Part shown: positions 10,390-22,029 of the stretch, in pieces
Numbering within the stretch: the stretch's first letter is position 1
How the letters are laid out: every line of letters starts with the position of its first letter
DNA from: Anaeromyxobacteraceae bacterium
GTDB lineage: Bacteria; Myxococcota; Myxococcia; Myxococcales; Anaeromyxobacteraceae
Reading direction: 5' to 3'
Assembly: GCA_047602405.1 (NCBI GenBank)
Contig: JASGHJ010000001.1
Span: 480,001 to 544,000 of the forward strand
DNA length: 64,000 bases
Position numbers and translations under genes: made by a program
Notes under the pieces: generated by a model
What the model was told of the DNA's origin: nothing
The model's database searches: none
What the model saw: only the letters and a program-made list of their open reading frames with translations

Positions 10390-13088
10390 ATGCGACTCCG
10401 CCCCCTCCTCGCGGTCGCCCTCGTGGCGACCGGCTGCGCCGCCTCGCTCCCGAAGCAGTACAAGGTGCGGCCCTTCCCGTACCAGGGCTTCACGGCGAAC
10501 TACCCGACCGGCATGCGACTCGTCGCGTTCCAGCTGCAGCACATGCCGGAGATGATGCTGTCGGCGTCCTACCGCGTCGGCAGCGTGGACGACCCGAAGG
10601 GCCGGGCCGGGCTCGCGCACCTCGTCGAGCACCTCACCTACCGCGCCCGGCCGGGCGGCGGCCCACGGACGTGGGATCGCTACGAGGCCATGGGCATCGA
10701 GTTCAACGCGCTCACCTACGCGGACTCGACCGACTACGTCGCGGTCTTTCCCCCGAGCGAGCTCCAGAAGGTGCTCGCCCTCGAGGCGGCGCGGCTCGCC
10801 GAGCCGCTCGCGGGCATCACCGAGCGTGACTTCCAGGCCGAACGTCAGGTCGTGCTGCGCGAGCTCGCGATGCGTCGGGACCCGGCCGCCGCCACCACGC
10901 ACCTCGGCTGGCTCACCTCCCGGCTCGTCCCCGAGTCCCCCTACGCGGTCGAGCCGACCGAGGACTCGGTCGCGTCGCTCACGCTCCAGGACGCCAGGGA
11001 CTTCGTGCGCTCCCACTACACCCCCGACCGCCTCCTCCTCGTCGTCACCGGGCCGACGCAGGGCGAGGCCGTGTCGCGCGCCGCCGTGCAGCACTTCGGC
11101 GAGCTCGCCACGAGCGGCCCGAAGTACCCGGAGGCGAACTCGGTCCAGCCGAACCCGCCCAGGGTGGCGCTCGACAAGCCCGCGACCGAGAAGGTGCTCG
11201 TGCGGGAGGGGCCGGCCGAGCTCCCGCTCCTGTGGGTGGGCTGGGCGCTGCCCGGCGACAAGGAGAAGGCCGGTCCGCAGGCGCTCGTGGCCGAGCAGTT
11301 CCTCGAGGGGATGGTGGGCTGGATCTCCTCGCACCGCGGCAACCGGGGCAAGATCCGCGGCATCACCACGTACGCCAACCGGATGGACGGGGTGACCATC
11401 GTCGCGGCGCGCATCGAGCTCCACGACGCCGAGGACGGGCCGAAGATCTTCGAGGCGATCCGGGACGGCCGGGACTTCCGCGGCGGCGTGAGCGGCGTCG
11501 AGCCGTGGGAGGCGCCTGGCCTGCGCACCCAGCTCCTCATGAACGCGCACCTCTCCCTCGACGCGCTGGAGCAGCTCGGCATGGCGCGCTTCATCCGCGT
11601 GAGCGGTCAGCCGGACTACATCGGGGAGTGGCCGAAGCAGGTCGCGCTCGCGCTCTCCGACGACGAGGGCATGCGGAGCTACTTCAAGAAGTACGCGACG
11701 TCCGAGCGGCTCGCGGGCCTGCTCGTCGTGCCGGCCGACACGGCGTCCCCGGTGCCCACCACGCGCGTCGCCGGCGCCACGGGCATGCTCGCCGCCGACC
11801 ACCACGGCCACCCGCCCGAGGAGCTCACCCCGGGCAACCCGCTCGACATCCCCCGCGTGCCGGAGCTCGCGAACGTGACCCGCAAGAAGCTCCCGAATGG
11901 CGTCGACCTCGTGGTCGCGCCGCGCTCCGGGTTCCGGGCGGTCTCGGCCGGGTTCTACGCCCGCACGCCGCCCGGCGGCCCCGCCGACGAGTACCTGCGC
12001 TGGATGGCGCTGTGGGCCACCCAATGCGCGGCGCCGGACGTGGACGACGCCGCCGTCTCGTTCCGGATGCGTCAGCCGACCGATCTCGCCGCCGAACGGC
12101 TGCACCGGTTCCCCTGCCTCGACGTCGGCCCGAAGCCGAACGCGCCCGAGCTCGCGCAGGGCCGGCGCTTCGTCGGTGACCAGCTCGAGCAGTTCCCGCC
12201 GAGCGCGCGGGAGCGTGCGTCGGCCGCGTTCCTCTCGGCCCTCTACCCCGACCACCCGTACGGCGACACCCTGATCACCGCGGCCCGCGTGCGGGGCTTC
12301 GGCGACGGCGAGGCGTCCGACTTCATCCGTGGCGCCATCCGGCCGGAGCGCACGACGGTGGTCGTCTCGGGCGACGTCGAGACCACGCCCGACGCGATGG
12401 AGGCGCTCGAGAGCCGCTTCGGCGGCTGGACCGCCGGCGGCACCGCCCTTCCCACCGCTGCGCCGAGGCCCGCGCTGCCCGCCGCGCGGCGGGTGCTGGT
12501 GGCGAACCGCACCGGCTGGACGACCGCCGAGCTCCTCGTGGGCGTCCGCGCGCCGCCCCGCGCCGAGCGCGACGAGCCCGCCTCCGCGCGCTCTCGTGGC
12601 AGCTCTCGAAGGTCCTCAACGACCGGCTGCGGATCTCGCGCGGCGACACCTATTGCGTGAACGTCCAGCTCCTGGAGCGCTCGCTCGGGTCGTCGATGGT
12701 GCTCTCGACGGTCGTGCCGACCGACCGCGTGATGACCGTGCTCGCGGAGGTCGTCGGCGACCTCTCCGCGCTCGCGGAGCCCCTCGACGAGCCGGCGCTC
12801 GCGCGCGCCCGCTGGCAGGTCGCGCGGCAGTTCGTCATGGGCTTCGGGACGACCGCGCGCAACCGCGAGCGCCTCGGCGAGCTCGCGCTGCACGGATTGC
12901 CGGCCGACGAGTGGGACACCTACCTCGCCCGCACCGCCTCGCTCACGCCCGATCGCCTCGTCGCGCAGGCGAAGGGGCTGGGGCTCGACCGGGAGATCGT
13001 GCTCGTGGTCGGCGACGCGGCGAAGATCGTCCCCGCGCTCGAGGCGCGCGGGATCACGGCGGAGGTGCTGCCGGACGCGAAGCGGTAG
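10390..13088 (+). CDS. M16 (insulinase) family zinc peptidase lipoprotein, frameshifted near 12583
   Basis: lipobox-like ATGC, GLAHLVEHL (HxxEH); adding one T at 12583 joins the frames as DEPAFRALSWQLSKVLNDRLR. Confidence 0.8.
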
Positions 13089-13098
13089 CGCCCTGGCG

Positions 13099-13941
13099 CT
13101 ACCGCTCCTGGAACTCGATCTTCACCTTCGGGGCGTACCCGCGCTCGGCCGCCTCGCCGAGGAAGCGGGCGACGGCCTCGCGGCCGCGCGGGCCGAGCTC
13201 GCTCGTCCACGCATTCACGTACATGCCGACGAACTTGTCGGCCTGCTCGCGCTCGAGGCCGCGCGCGAAGCTCATCGCGTAGTCGAGCGCCGGACCGCGC
13301 TGGGCGAGCCCGAGGTCGATCGACTGCTTCCAGGCGATCGCCGCCTTCCGCCGGACGTCGTCCGGCAGCGCGCGCTTCACCGCGTTCATCCCGAGCGGGA
13401 GCGGCAGGCCGGTGCGGCCGGTCCACCAGCGGCCGAGGTCCTCCACGACGCGCAGGCCCTCCTCGTGCGCGGTGAGCTGGCCCTCGTGGATGACGAGCGC
13501 GGCGTCGACCTCACCCCGCTTCGCCGCGGCGCCGACGGCCTTGAAGTCCATCGGCACGGCGACGTGCTCGGGGAGGCGGAGCTTCAGCGCGAGGGCGGCG
13601 CTCGTGCGCAGGCCCGGCACGGCGATGCGCTTCCCGGCGAGGTCCTCGGCCTTCATCGCCTTCGCCCCGACCGGCACGACCAGGATGGGCCCGTAGCCGT
13701 CCCCGAACGAGGCGCCGGAGTCGAGGAGCAGGTACTTCTCCGCGAGGTACGGGTACGCACCGACCGAGATCGCGGTGAGGTCGTACTCGGCGTCCTTCGC
13801 GGCGGCGGCGTTGGCGGACTCGATGTCCGACAGCGCCTGGACGAACTCGATCCCCTCGGCCTTCACCGCGCCCGTGGCGATGCCCCAGTACATGAACGCG
13901 TCGTCCGAGTCCGGGCTGTGGGCCACCTTGAGACGGAACAT
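13099..13941 (-). CDS. mqnD: 1,4-dihydroxy-6-naphthoate synthase
   Basis: AHSPDSDDAFM, GASFGDGYGP, IHEGQLT, LPLPLG, MYVN; lies in the futalosine cluster. Confidence 0.9.
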   Translation of the reverse strand: MFRLKVAHSPDSDDAFMYWGIATGAVKAEGIEFVQALSDIESANAAAAKDAEYDLTAISVGAYPYLAEKYLLLDSGASFGDGYGPILVVPVGAKAMKAEDLAGKRIAVPGLRTSAALALKLRLPEHVAVPMDFKAVGAAAKRGEVDAALVIHEGQLTAHEEGLRVVEDLGRWWTGRTGLPLPLGMNAVKRALPDDVRRKAAIAWKQSIDLGLAQRGPALDYAMSFARGLEREQADKFVGMYVNAWTSELGPRGREAVARFLGEAAERGYAPKVKIEFQER

Positions 13942-13959
13942 GCGGGGGGGTCTACCACC

Positions 13960-13977
13960 TTTCAACGTTCATTGAAA
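13960..13977. promoter_or_regulatory. palindromic operator between divergent mqnD and ubiD-mqn operon
   Basis: TTTCAA-cgttca-TTGAAA, same core as the site at 5985-6000. Confidence 0.55.
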
Positions 13978-14010
13978 TGAACCGGGCGCGCTGGTAAGGA
14001 TCCCCGCGCC

Positions 14011-15527
14011 ATGGCCTACCGCTCGCTCCGCGAGTTCCTGGATCGGCTCGATCGCGCGGGGGAGCTCCTGCGCATCCGGGAGCCGGTCTCGCTCGACCTC
14101 GAGATGGCCGCGCTCGCCGACCGCGCCGCGAAGCAGGGCGGGCCGGCGCTCCTCTTCGAGAACGTCAGGGAGCGGCCGGGCTCCATGCCGGTCGTGATGA
14201 ACCTCTTCGGCTCGAAGCGCCGCACGGCGTGGGCGCTCTCGTGCGAGGACGTCGAGCACCACGCGAACGAGCTGCGCGCGCTCCTCAAGACGGCGCCGCC
14301 GCAGGGGCTCTGGGACAAGCTCAAGATGCTCCCGAAGCTCGGGAAGCTCGCGACGCTCCCGCCGAAGCACGTCTCCGACGGCGCGGTGCAGGAGGTCGTG
14401 GTGAAGGAGCCCGACCTCTCGACGCTCCCCATCCTCAAGACCTGGCCGCACGACGGCGGGCCGTACATCACGCTCCCGCAGGTCATCACGCGCGACCCGG
14501 AGAACGGCTCGCGCAACGTCGGCATGTACCGGGTGCAGGTGCTCGGGCCGCGCCGGCTCGCGATGCACTGGCAGCTCCACAAGACCGCGAACGCCCACTG
14601 GCGCGGCTACCGCAAGAAGGGCGAGCGGATGCCGGTCGCGATCGCGCTCGGCGGCGACCCGGCGCTCGTGTGGGTCGGCTCGGCGCCGCTGCCGCCCGGG
14701 ATCGACGAGTACCTCTTCGCCGGGTTCCTCCGCGGCGAGTCGGTCCGGATGGTGAAGTGCGTGACGAACGACCTCGAGGTCCCCGCCGACGCGGACCTCG
14801 TGATCGAGGGCTACGTGGACCCGAACGCGCCGCTCGTGCGCGAGGGCCCGTTCGGCGACCACACCGGCTTCTACTCGCTCGCGGACGACTACCCGGCGAT
14901 GGAGGTCACCGCGATCACGCAGCGCCGCGACGCCATCTACCCGGCGACCGTCGTCGGGCCGCCGCCGGTCGAGGACCTGTGGATGGGCGGGGCGACGGGG
15001 CGCCTGTTCCTGCCGATGCTCCAGCTCGTCTTCCCCGAGATCCTCGACATGGCCTTCCCGCCGGAGGGCGTGTTCCACAACCTCTGCCTGATCCGGATGA
15101 AGAAGGAGTTCCCCGGCCACGCGAAGAAGCTCATGCACGGCCTGTGGGGCTCGGGGCAGATGTCGTCCACGAAGACGCTCGTCGTCTTCGACGAGGACGT
15201 CGACGTGCAGGACACCTCGCAGGCGGCCTGGCGCGCGTTCGCCAACGTGGACGCGAAGCGGGACCTCGTGGTGGTGGACGGGCCGGTCGACATCCTCGAC
15301 CACGCCGCGCCCCACCTCGGCCTCGGCGGCAAGATCGGCGTCGACGCGACACGGAAGTGGGTCGAGGAGGGCGGCCGGGAGTGGCCGGAGCCCTGCGTGC
15401 ACCCGCCCGAGGTCGTCGCCCGCATGGACGCGCTCTACGACCGGCTCGTCGCCGGCGCGGCGCCGCTCCGGCGGCCCGCCATCGCGCCACCGCCGGCGGC
15501 GGCGTGGACGCCCAGGAAGGCGAACGG

Positions 15528-15531
<4 letters not shown>
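14011..15531 (+). CDS. UbiD-family menaquinone biosynthesis decarboxylase
   Basis: NVGMYRVQ, EGPFGDHTGFY, KIGVDAT. Confidence 0.92.
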
Positions 15532-16231
<700 letters not shown>

Positions 16232-16235
<4 letters not shown>

Positions 16236-16825
16236 AGCTCGTCGTCGGCATCTCCGGCGCGACGGGCGCGCCCTACGCGAAGCGGTTCCTCGACTTCCTC
16301 GCCGAGCACGGCCCCGCGCACGGCGTCACGGCCGACCTCGTCTTCTCCTCGACCGGCAAGCAGGTCTGGATGCAGGAGATCGGCAAGGAGCCGAAGTACC
16401 CGTTCAAGATCTACAAGAACCAGGACTTCACGGCGCCCTTCGCGTCCGGCTCGTCGCAGTACGACGCGATGGTCGTCATCCCCTGCTCCTCCGGCGCGCT
16501 CGCCCGCATCGCCCACGGCATCTCGGTCGACCTCATCGGCCGCGCGGGCGACGTGATGCTGAAGGAGCGGAAGAAGCTCGTGCTCGTGCTGCGCGAGACC
16601 CCCATCTCGCTCGTGCACGCGCGCGCCATCACGCAGGTCATCGAGGCGGGCGCGATGGTGATGCCCGCCTCGCCGTCGTTCTACTCGCGGCCGAAGGACA
16701 TGGCCGCGCTCGTGGACACGGTGGTCGCGCGGGTGCTCGACCGCATCGGCCTGCCGAACGATCTCATGAAGCGCTGGGACGGGCTGTCGCCCGCGGCGCC
16801 CGAACCCGTGGAGGACGCCACATGA
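16232..16825 (+). CDS. ubiX: flavin prenyltransferase
   Basis: VGISGATG, ASGS, PCS, RETP, PSFY. Confidence 0.92.
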
Positions 16826-17985
16826 TCTCCGACCTCGCGCACCGCGCCCTGGAGCGCGACGGCCTCGGTCCCATCCGCGACCGCGTGCTCGCCGGCGAGC
16901 GGCTGACCGACGCCGAGGCGCTGAAGCTCTTCGAGGCGACCGACCTCGCCGCGGTGGGCGCGCTCGCGAACCACGTCCGCGAGGCGCGCCACGGCGACCT
17001 CGCCTTCTACAACCGCAACGTGCACCTCAACCCCACCAACGTCTGCGTGGCGAGCTGCAAGTTCTGCTCGTTCGCCCGCAAGGACGACCAGGTGGCGTCC
17101 GAGGGCTACACCATGAAGCTCGAGGAGGCCGTCGAGAAGGTCCTCTCGCGCAAGCCCCTGGGAATCACCGAGGTGCACATCGTCTCCGGTCTGCACCCGG
17201 ATCTCCCGTGGGAGTACTACACGGAGCTCCTCCGCCGGATCCGCGCCGGCTGGCCGGGGCTCGCCATCAAGGCGTTCACCGCCGTCGAGATCCAGTTCTT
17301 CGCGGACAAGTTCCAGAAGACCTACGCCCAGGTCCTCTCCGAGCTCCGCGACGCCGGCATGGACACGATGCCCGGCGGCGGCGCCGAGATCTTCGCGCCG
17401 CGCGTGCGCCGGAAGATCTGCGACGACAAGGCCACCGCCGACCAGTGGATCGAGATCCACCGCACGGCGCACCGGCTCGGCCTCAAGACCAACGCCACCA
17501 TGCTCTACGGGCACATCGAGCACCTGGACGAGCGGGTCGACCACATGCGCCGGCTGCGCGAGCTGCAGGACGAGACCCACGGCTTCCAGGTCTTCATCCC
17601 GCTCGCGTTCCACCCCGAGCACAACATGATCGGCAAGGCCTTCCCGAAGCCGACCGGGTACGACGCGCTCCGCACGCTCGCGGTCGCGCGCCTCTACCTC
17701 GACAACTTCGACCACGTGAAGGCGTACTGGGTCTCGCTCGGCGACCGGCTCGCCCAGACCGCGCTCGCGTTCGGCGTGGACGACCTCGACGGCACCGTGC
17801 TCGAGGAGCGCATCTACCACATGGCGGGCTCCACCGTGCCGCAGGCGCTCTCCGAGCCCGACCTCCACCGGCTCATCCGCGCCGCGGGCCGCGTGCCCGC
17901 CGAGCGCGACAGCCTCTACCACGTGCTGAAGGTCCACGACGGCGCCGCGCCCGGCGCCGGGGAAGTGGCCCGGGTGACCGCATGA
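16822..17985 (+). CDS. mqnE: aminofutalosine synthase (radical SAM)
   Basis: NPTNVCVASCKFC, PGGGAEIF, NATMLYGHIE, HVKAYW. Confidence 0.92.
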   Translation: MISDLAHRALERDGLGPIRDRVLAGERLTDAEALKLFEATDLAAVGALANHVREARHGDLAFYNRNVHLNPTNVCVASCKFCSFARKDDQVASEGYTMKLEEAVEKVLSRKPLGITEVHIVSGLHPDLPWEYYTELLRRIRAGWPGLAIKAFTAVEIQFFADKFQKTYAQVLSELRDAGMDTMPGGGAEIFAPRVRRKICDDKATADQWIEIHRTAHRLGLKTNATMLYGHIEHLDERVDHMRRLRELQDETHGFQVFIPLAFHPEHNMIGKAFPKPTGYDALRTLAVARLYLDNFDHVKAYWVSLGDRLAQTALAFGVDDLDGTVLEERIYHMAGSTVPQALSEPDLHRLIRAAGRVPAERDSLYHVLKVHDGAAPGAGEVARVTA

Positions 17986-19868
17986 CGACGAAGAAGCTCC
18001 GCGCCGCCGCCGTCTCGTTCCTCAACGCCTGGCCGCTCACCGAGGGCCTGGATCGCTCCGAGCGCATCGAGCTCGTCAAGGCGGAGCCGTCCGCCTGCGC
18101 CGCGATGCTCGAGGCCGGCGAGGTCGACCTCGCGCTCGTGTCGGTCGCCGCGCTCACGAAGGGCCAGTACGACATCGTGCCGGGGATGGCCATCGGCGCC
18201 GACGGGCCGGTGCAGACCGTGGTCCTCGCCGGCGAGCAGTCGCCGGCCATCTGGGACGAGGTCTTCCTCGACACCGCCTCCCGCACCTCGCACGTGCTCG
18301 CGAAGCTCGTGCTCGACGGCATGGGCGTGCACCCGGCCTACACCCCGGCCCCCGCCGCCGACGGCCTCGCGCGCGCGAAGGGCACGAAGGGCGCCCTCGT
18401 CATCGGCGACCGCGCCTTCGACGTCCGCGCGAACCAGGTGCTCGACCTCGGCCGCGAGTGGAACAAGCTCTCCGGCCTGCCGATGATCTTCGCGCTCTGG
18501 GCCGCGCGCCCGGGCACGGTCTCGCCGGAGGACGTGCAGGAGCTCACCCGGGCCGCGCAGCACGGCCTCGGCATGCGCACCGAGCTCGCCCAGCGCTTCG
18601 CGGCCGAGAAGGGCGGCGACCCGGAGCGCTACCGCCGCTACCTCACCCAGCGCATCCGCTACGGCCTCGGGCCGTACGAGCTGCAGGGGCTCGAGGCGTT
18701 CCTCGACCGCGCGGCGCGGAAGGGCTTCCTGCCCCCGATGAAGCTGCGCTTCGTGGACGACGTCGTGAAGACCCGCCGCGTCCGCCGGCAGGTCTCGCTC
18801 GACACCGCGCTCTCGAAGGGCGCGACCGGCGAGCGGCTCGACGCCGACGAGGCGGAGCTCCTCGACGAGAAGGCGAGCGTGCTCGACCTCGGCCTCGCCG
18901 CCGACGCCCGCCGCCGCGCGCTCCACCCGGACGGCGTCGTCACCTACATCGTCTCGCGCAACGTCAACTACACGAACGTCTGCACCACGGCCTGCCACTT
19001 CTGCGCGTTCTACCGGCCGCGCGGGCACGGCGAGGCGTACGTGCTCTCGCGCGAGCAGCTCACGAAGAAGATCGACGAGACCGTCGCGCTCGGCGGCATC
19101 GAGATCCTGCTCCAGGGCGGGCTCCACCCCGAGCTCGGCATCGAGTGGTACGAGGACCTCTTCCGCTGGGTGAAGCAGAAGTGGCCGATGATCAACCTGC
19201 ACGCGCTGTCGCCCGAGGAGATCTGGCACATCGCGCGCACGAGCGAGCTCTCGCTCGACGCGACCATGGACCGGCTCATCGCCTCCGGGCTCGACTCGAT
19301 CCCGGGCGGCGGCGCCGAGGTGCTCGACGACGAGGTCCGCCGCCGGATCGCGCCGCTCAAGTGCTCGACCGACGAGTGGCTCACGGTGATGCGCGCCGCC
19401 CACCAGCACGGCCTCCGCTCGACGGCGACGCTGATGTTCGGCGTCGGCGAGGAGGCGCGGCACCGGGTGGCGCACCTGATGCGCCTGCGCGAGCTGCAGG
19501 ACGAGACGAAGGGCTTCACGGCCTTCATCTGCTGGCCCTTCCAGCCGGACAACACGCGGCTCCAGCCCGGCGACGGCAGCGCCCAGGCGTACCTCCGCAC
19601 GAACGCGCTCAGCCGGCTCGTGCTCGACAACGTCCCGAACCTGCAGGCGTCGTGGGTCACGATGGGCGGCGGGGTCGCGCAGGCCTCGCTGCACATGGGC
19701 TGCAACGACTTCGGCTCGGTGATGATCGAGGAGAACGTCGTGTCGGCCGCCGGGACGACCTTCCAGATGGACTCGGAGGAGGTCGAGCGGCACATCCGCG
19801 ACGCCGGCTTCCAGGCCGCGCGCCGGAACATGAGGTACGAGATCGTCGGCGGGGGCGCGCAGGCGTGA
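17982..19868 (+). CDS. mqnC: fused chorismate dehydratase MqnA / cyclic dehypoxanthinyl futalosine synthase MqnC
   Basis: N-terminal SFLNAWPL, SRTS, LVIGDRA, DLGREW (MqnA); C-terminal RNVNYTNVCTTACHFC, FTAFICW, DFGSVMIEENVV (MqnC). Confidence 0.88.
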   Translation: MTTKKLRAAAVSFLNAWPLTEGLDRSERIELVKAEPSACAAMLEAGEVDLALVSVAALTKGQYDIVPGMAIGADGPVQTVVLAGEQSPAIWDEVFLDTASRTSHVLAKLVLDGMGVHPAYTPAPAADGLARAKGTKGALVIGDRAFDVRANQVLDLGREWNKLSGLPMIFALWAARPGTVSPEDVQELTRAAQHGLGMRTELAQRFAAEKGGDPERYRRYLTQRIRYGLGPYELQGLEAFLDRAARKGFLPPMKLRFVDDVVKTRRVRRQVSLDTALSKGATGERLDADEAELLDEKASVLDLGLAADARRRALHPDGVVTYIVSRNVNYTNVCTTACHFCAFYRPRGHGEAYVLSREQLTKKIDETVALGGIEILLQGGLHPELGIEWYEDLFRWVKQKWPMINLHALSPEEIWHIARTSELSLDATMDRLIASGLDSIPGGGAEVLDDEVRRRIAPLKCSTDEWLTVMRAAHQHGLRSTATLMFGVGEEARHRVAHLMRLRELQDETKGFTAFICWPFQPDNTRLQPGDGSAQAYLRTNALSRLVLDNVPNLQASWVTMGGGVAQASLHMGCNDFGSVMIEENVVSAAGTTFQMDSEEVERHIRDAGFQAARRNMRYEIVGGGAQA

Positions 19869-21070
19869 CCGTGAAGGTGTTCAGCGCGCCGTGGGTGCTC
19901 ACGGGCCTGGCGGTGGTGAAGGACGGCGCCGTGGCGCTCGACGGCGACGCCGTCGTCGCCGCCGGCCCGCGCGCCGAGATCGAGGCGACGCACGGCCCCG
20001 GCGAGCGGCTCGACGCGATCCTGCTGCCGGCGCTCGTGAACGCGCACCTGCACCTCGAGGTCTCGCACCTCGCGGGGCGGGTCCAGGGCGGCGAGGGGCT
20101 CGCGCCGTGGGTGCAGCTGTTCATCGCGACGCGCGCGACCGCCCGGCCGGAGGACGTCCAGCCGGCGATGGAGATGGCGGCGGAGGACATGGTGGCGGCC
20201 GGCGTCGCGGCGGTCGGCGACGTCACGAACACGCTCGGCTCGGTCGGCGCGCTCGCGCGGGCCGGCGTGGCGGGCTCGGTCTACCTCGAGGTGTTCGGCC
20301 TCACGCCCGAGCGCTACGAGCGGATGTACGCGACCGCCCGGGAGGCGCTCGAGCGCGCGAAGCTCCCGCCGGGCCTGCGCGTCCGGCTCTCGCCGCACGC
20401 CGTCTACTCCACGCTGCCCGACGCCGTCGCGACGCTGCTCGACGCGGGGCCCGGCTCCATTCATCTCGCGGAGGACCCGGAGGAGCGCGCGCTCGTCGCC
20501 CACGGCACCGGCGCCTTCGCGCGCATGGCCGCCTCCATGAAGGCCCCGCCCCCGCGGCCGCACGCGCGCTCGGCGGTGGCCGCGGTGGCGCCGCACCTGA
20601 AGCCCGGCCACCTCGCCGTGCACTGCGTGGACGTCGACGCCGAGGACGCGACCCTGCTCGCCCGCTCCGGCGCCACCGTCGTGCTCTGCCCGCGCTCGAA
20701 CCGGCACATCGGCGGACGGCTCCCGCCGCTCCCGCTCCTCCTCGAGACCGGCGCCTCGCTCGCGGTCGGCACCGACTCGCTCGCGTCCTCGCCGTCGCTC
20801 GCGCCGCTCGCGGAGCTCGCCGCGCTGCGCGAGGCCTTCCCGGCCGTGCCCGCCGCGCGCCTGTTGCCGCTCGCCTGGAACGGCGCCGCCGTCGGGGCCC
20901 CGCACGTGGGCCGCCTCGCGCCCGGCAAGGCCCCCGGCGTCCTCGCCGCGCCGCTCGCCGGCGCCCGGCCCGCCGACCCGTTCGAGCACCTCCTCGCCGC
21001 CTTCGGCGCCCCCTCGAAGCCGCCCCCCTTCCGCTGGCTCGCGCGCCAGCGCCCGGAGGCCACCGCGTGA
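19865..21070 (+). CDS. amidohydrolase, probable aminodeoxyfutalosine deaminase
   Basis: NAHLHLE, SPHAVYS, IHLAE, CPRSN, GTDS; position inside the mqn operon. Confidence 0.75.
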   Translation: MTVKVFSAPWVLTGLAVVKDGAVALDGDAVVAAGPRAEIEATHGPGERLDAILLPALVNAHLHLEVSHLAGRVQGGEGLAPWVQLFIATRATARPEDVQPAMEMAAEDMVAAGVAAVGDVTNTLGSVGALARAGVAGSVYLEVFGLTPERYERMYATAREALERAKLPPGLRVRLSPHAVYSTLPDAVATLLDAGPGSIHLAEDPEERALVAHGTGAFARMAASMKAPPPRPHARSAVAAVAPHLKPGHLAVHCVDVDAEDATLLARSGATVVLCPRSNRHIGGRLPPLPLLLETGASLAVGTDSLASSPSLAPLAELAALREAFPAVPAARLLPLAWNGAAVGAPHVGRLAPGKAPGVLAAPLAGARPADPFEHLLAAFGAPSKPPPFRWLARQRPEATA

Positions 21071-22029
21071 CGCATCCTTCGACTACGACCGTTCATCCTG
21101 AGCGTAGGCCCGCCGAAGGCGGGCCGAAGTCGAAGGACGCCCAGGATGAGCGGATGGGTGGAGGCCTCGGCGCCCTCGCGCGGATGGTGAAGCTCAGCCA
21201 CTCGCTCTTCGCGCTGCCCTTCGCCGCGAGCGCCGTCGTGCTCGTGGCGCGGGACGCGACGCTCGACCTCTGGCGCCTCGCGCTCGTCGCGGTCGCCGTG
21301 GTCGCCGCCCGCACCGCCGCGATGGCGATGAACCGCATCGCCGACCGGCGCTTCGACGCGAAGAACCCGCGCACGCAGCGGCGCGAGCTCGTCACCGGCG
21401 AGGTCAGCCCCGCCTCCGCCTGGGCGCTCCTCGTGGGCTCCTCCGCGGTCTTCGTCACCGCGGCCTTCCTGCTCCTCCCGCTCGCGGGCTGGCTGTCGCC
21501 CGCGGTGCTCGCGATCCTGCTCGGCTACTCCTTCGCGAAGCGGTTCACCTGGGCCTGCCACCTCTGGCTCGGCGTGGCCCAGGCGCTCGCGCCCGTCGGC
21601 GTCGCGATCGCGCTCACCGGCGCCGCGCCGGCGGCCTCCATCGTGCTCGGCCTCGGCGTGGGCGCCTGGATCGCCGGCTTCGACGTCTTCTACGCGATGC
21701 AGGACACCGAGTTCGACCGCGGCGAGGGGCTCCGGTCGATCCCGGTCCGCTTCGGCGTGAAGGGCGGGCTCGCCTGGGCGCGCGGGCTCCACGTGCTCAC
21801 CGCCGTGCTGGTCCCGCTCGCCGGCTGGCTCGCCGGCCGCGGCCCGGCCTGGTACCTCGGCTCGGCGATCATGACGGTGGTGGTCTTCCTCGAGCACCGG
21901 CACGTCGCGCCGGGCGGCGAGGTCAGGCCCGAGCGCATCAACGTCGCCTTCTTCAACTACAACGCCTTCGCCTCGGTCGCCTTCGCGCTCTGCGCCCTCG
22001 CCGACCTCTGGCTCGCGGGGGCCCGGTGA
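21067..22029 (+). CDS. UbiA-like polyprenyltransferase (MqnP-type); alternative start 21154
   Basis: HSLFALPF, NRIADRRFDAKNPRT, GYSFAKRFT, GFDVFYAMQD. Confidence 0.9.
   Translation: MTHPSTTTVHPERRPAEGGPKSKDAQDERMGGGLGALARMVKLSHSLFALPFAASAVVLVARDATLDLWRLALVAVAVVAARTAAMAMNRIADRRFDAKNPRTQRRELVTGEVSPASAWALLVGSSAVFVTAAFLLLPLAGWLSPAVLAILLGYSFAKRFTWACHLWLGVAQALAPVGVAIALTGAAPAASIVLGLGVGAWIAGFDVFYAMQDTEFDRGEGLRSIPVRFGVKGGLAWARGLHVLTAVLVPLAGWLAGRGPAWYLGSAIMTVVVFLEHRHVAPGGEVRPERINVAFFNYNAFASVAFALCALADLWLAGAR
21072..21153 (+). repeat. REP-like palindromic element, copy A (nested form)
   Basis: core ccgttcatcctgagcgtagg-cccgcc-gaa-ggcggg-ccgaagtcgaaggacgc (21089-21140) aligns with copies at 31064 and 34649. 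Confidence 0.75.

Noticed and set aside
12570..12600. Programmed frameshift in the M16 peptidase
   Set aside because: No slippery sequence is present; a single missing T explains it.
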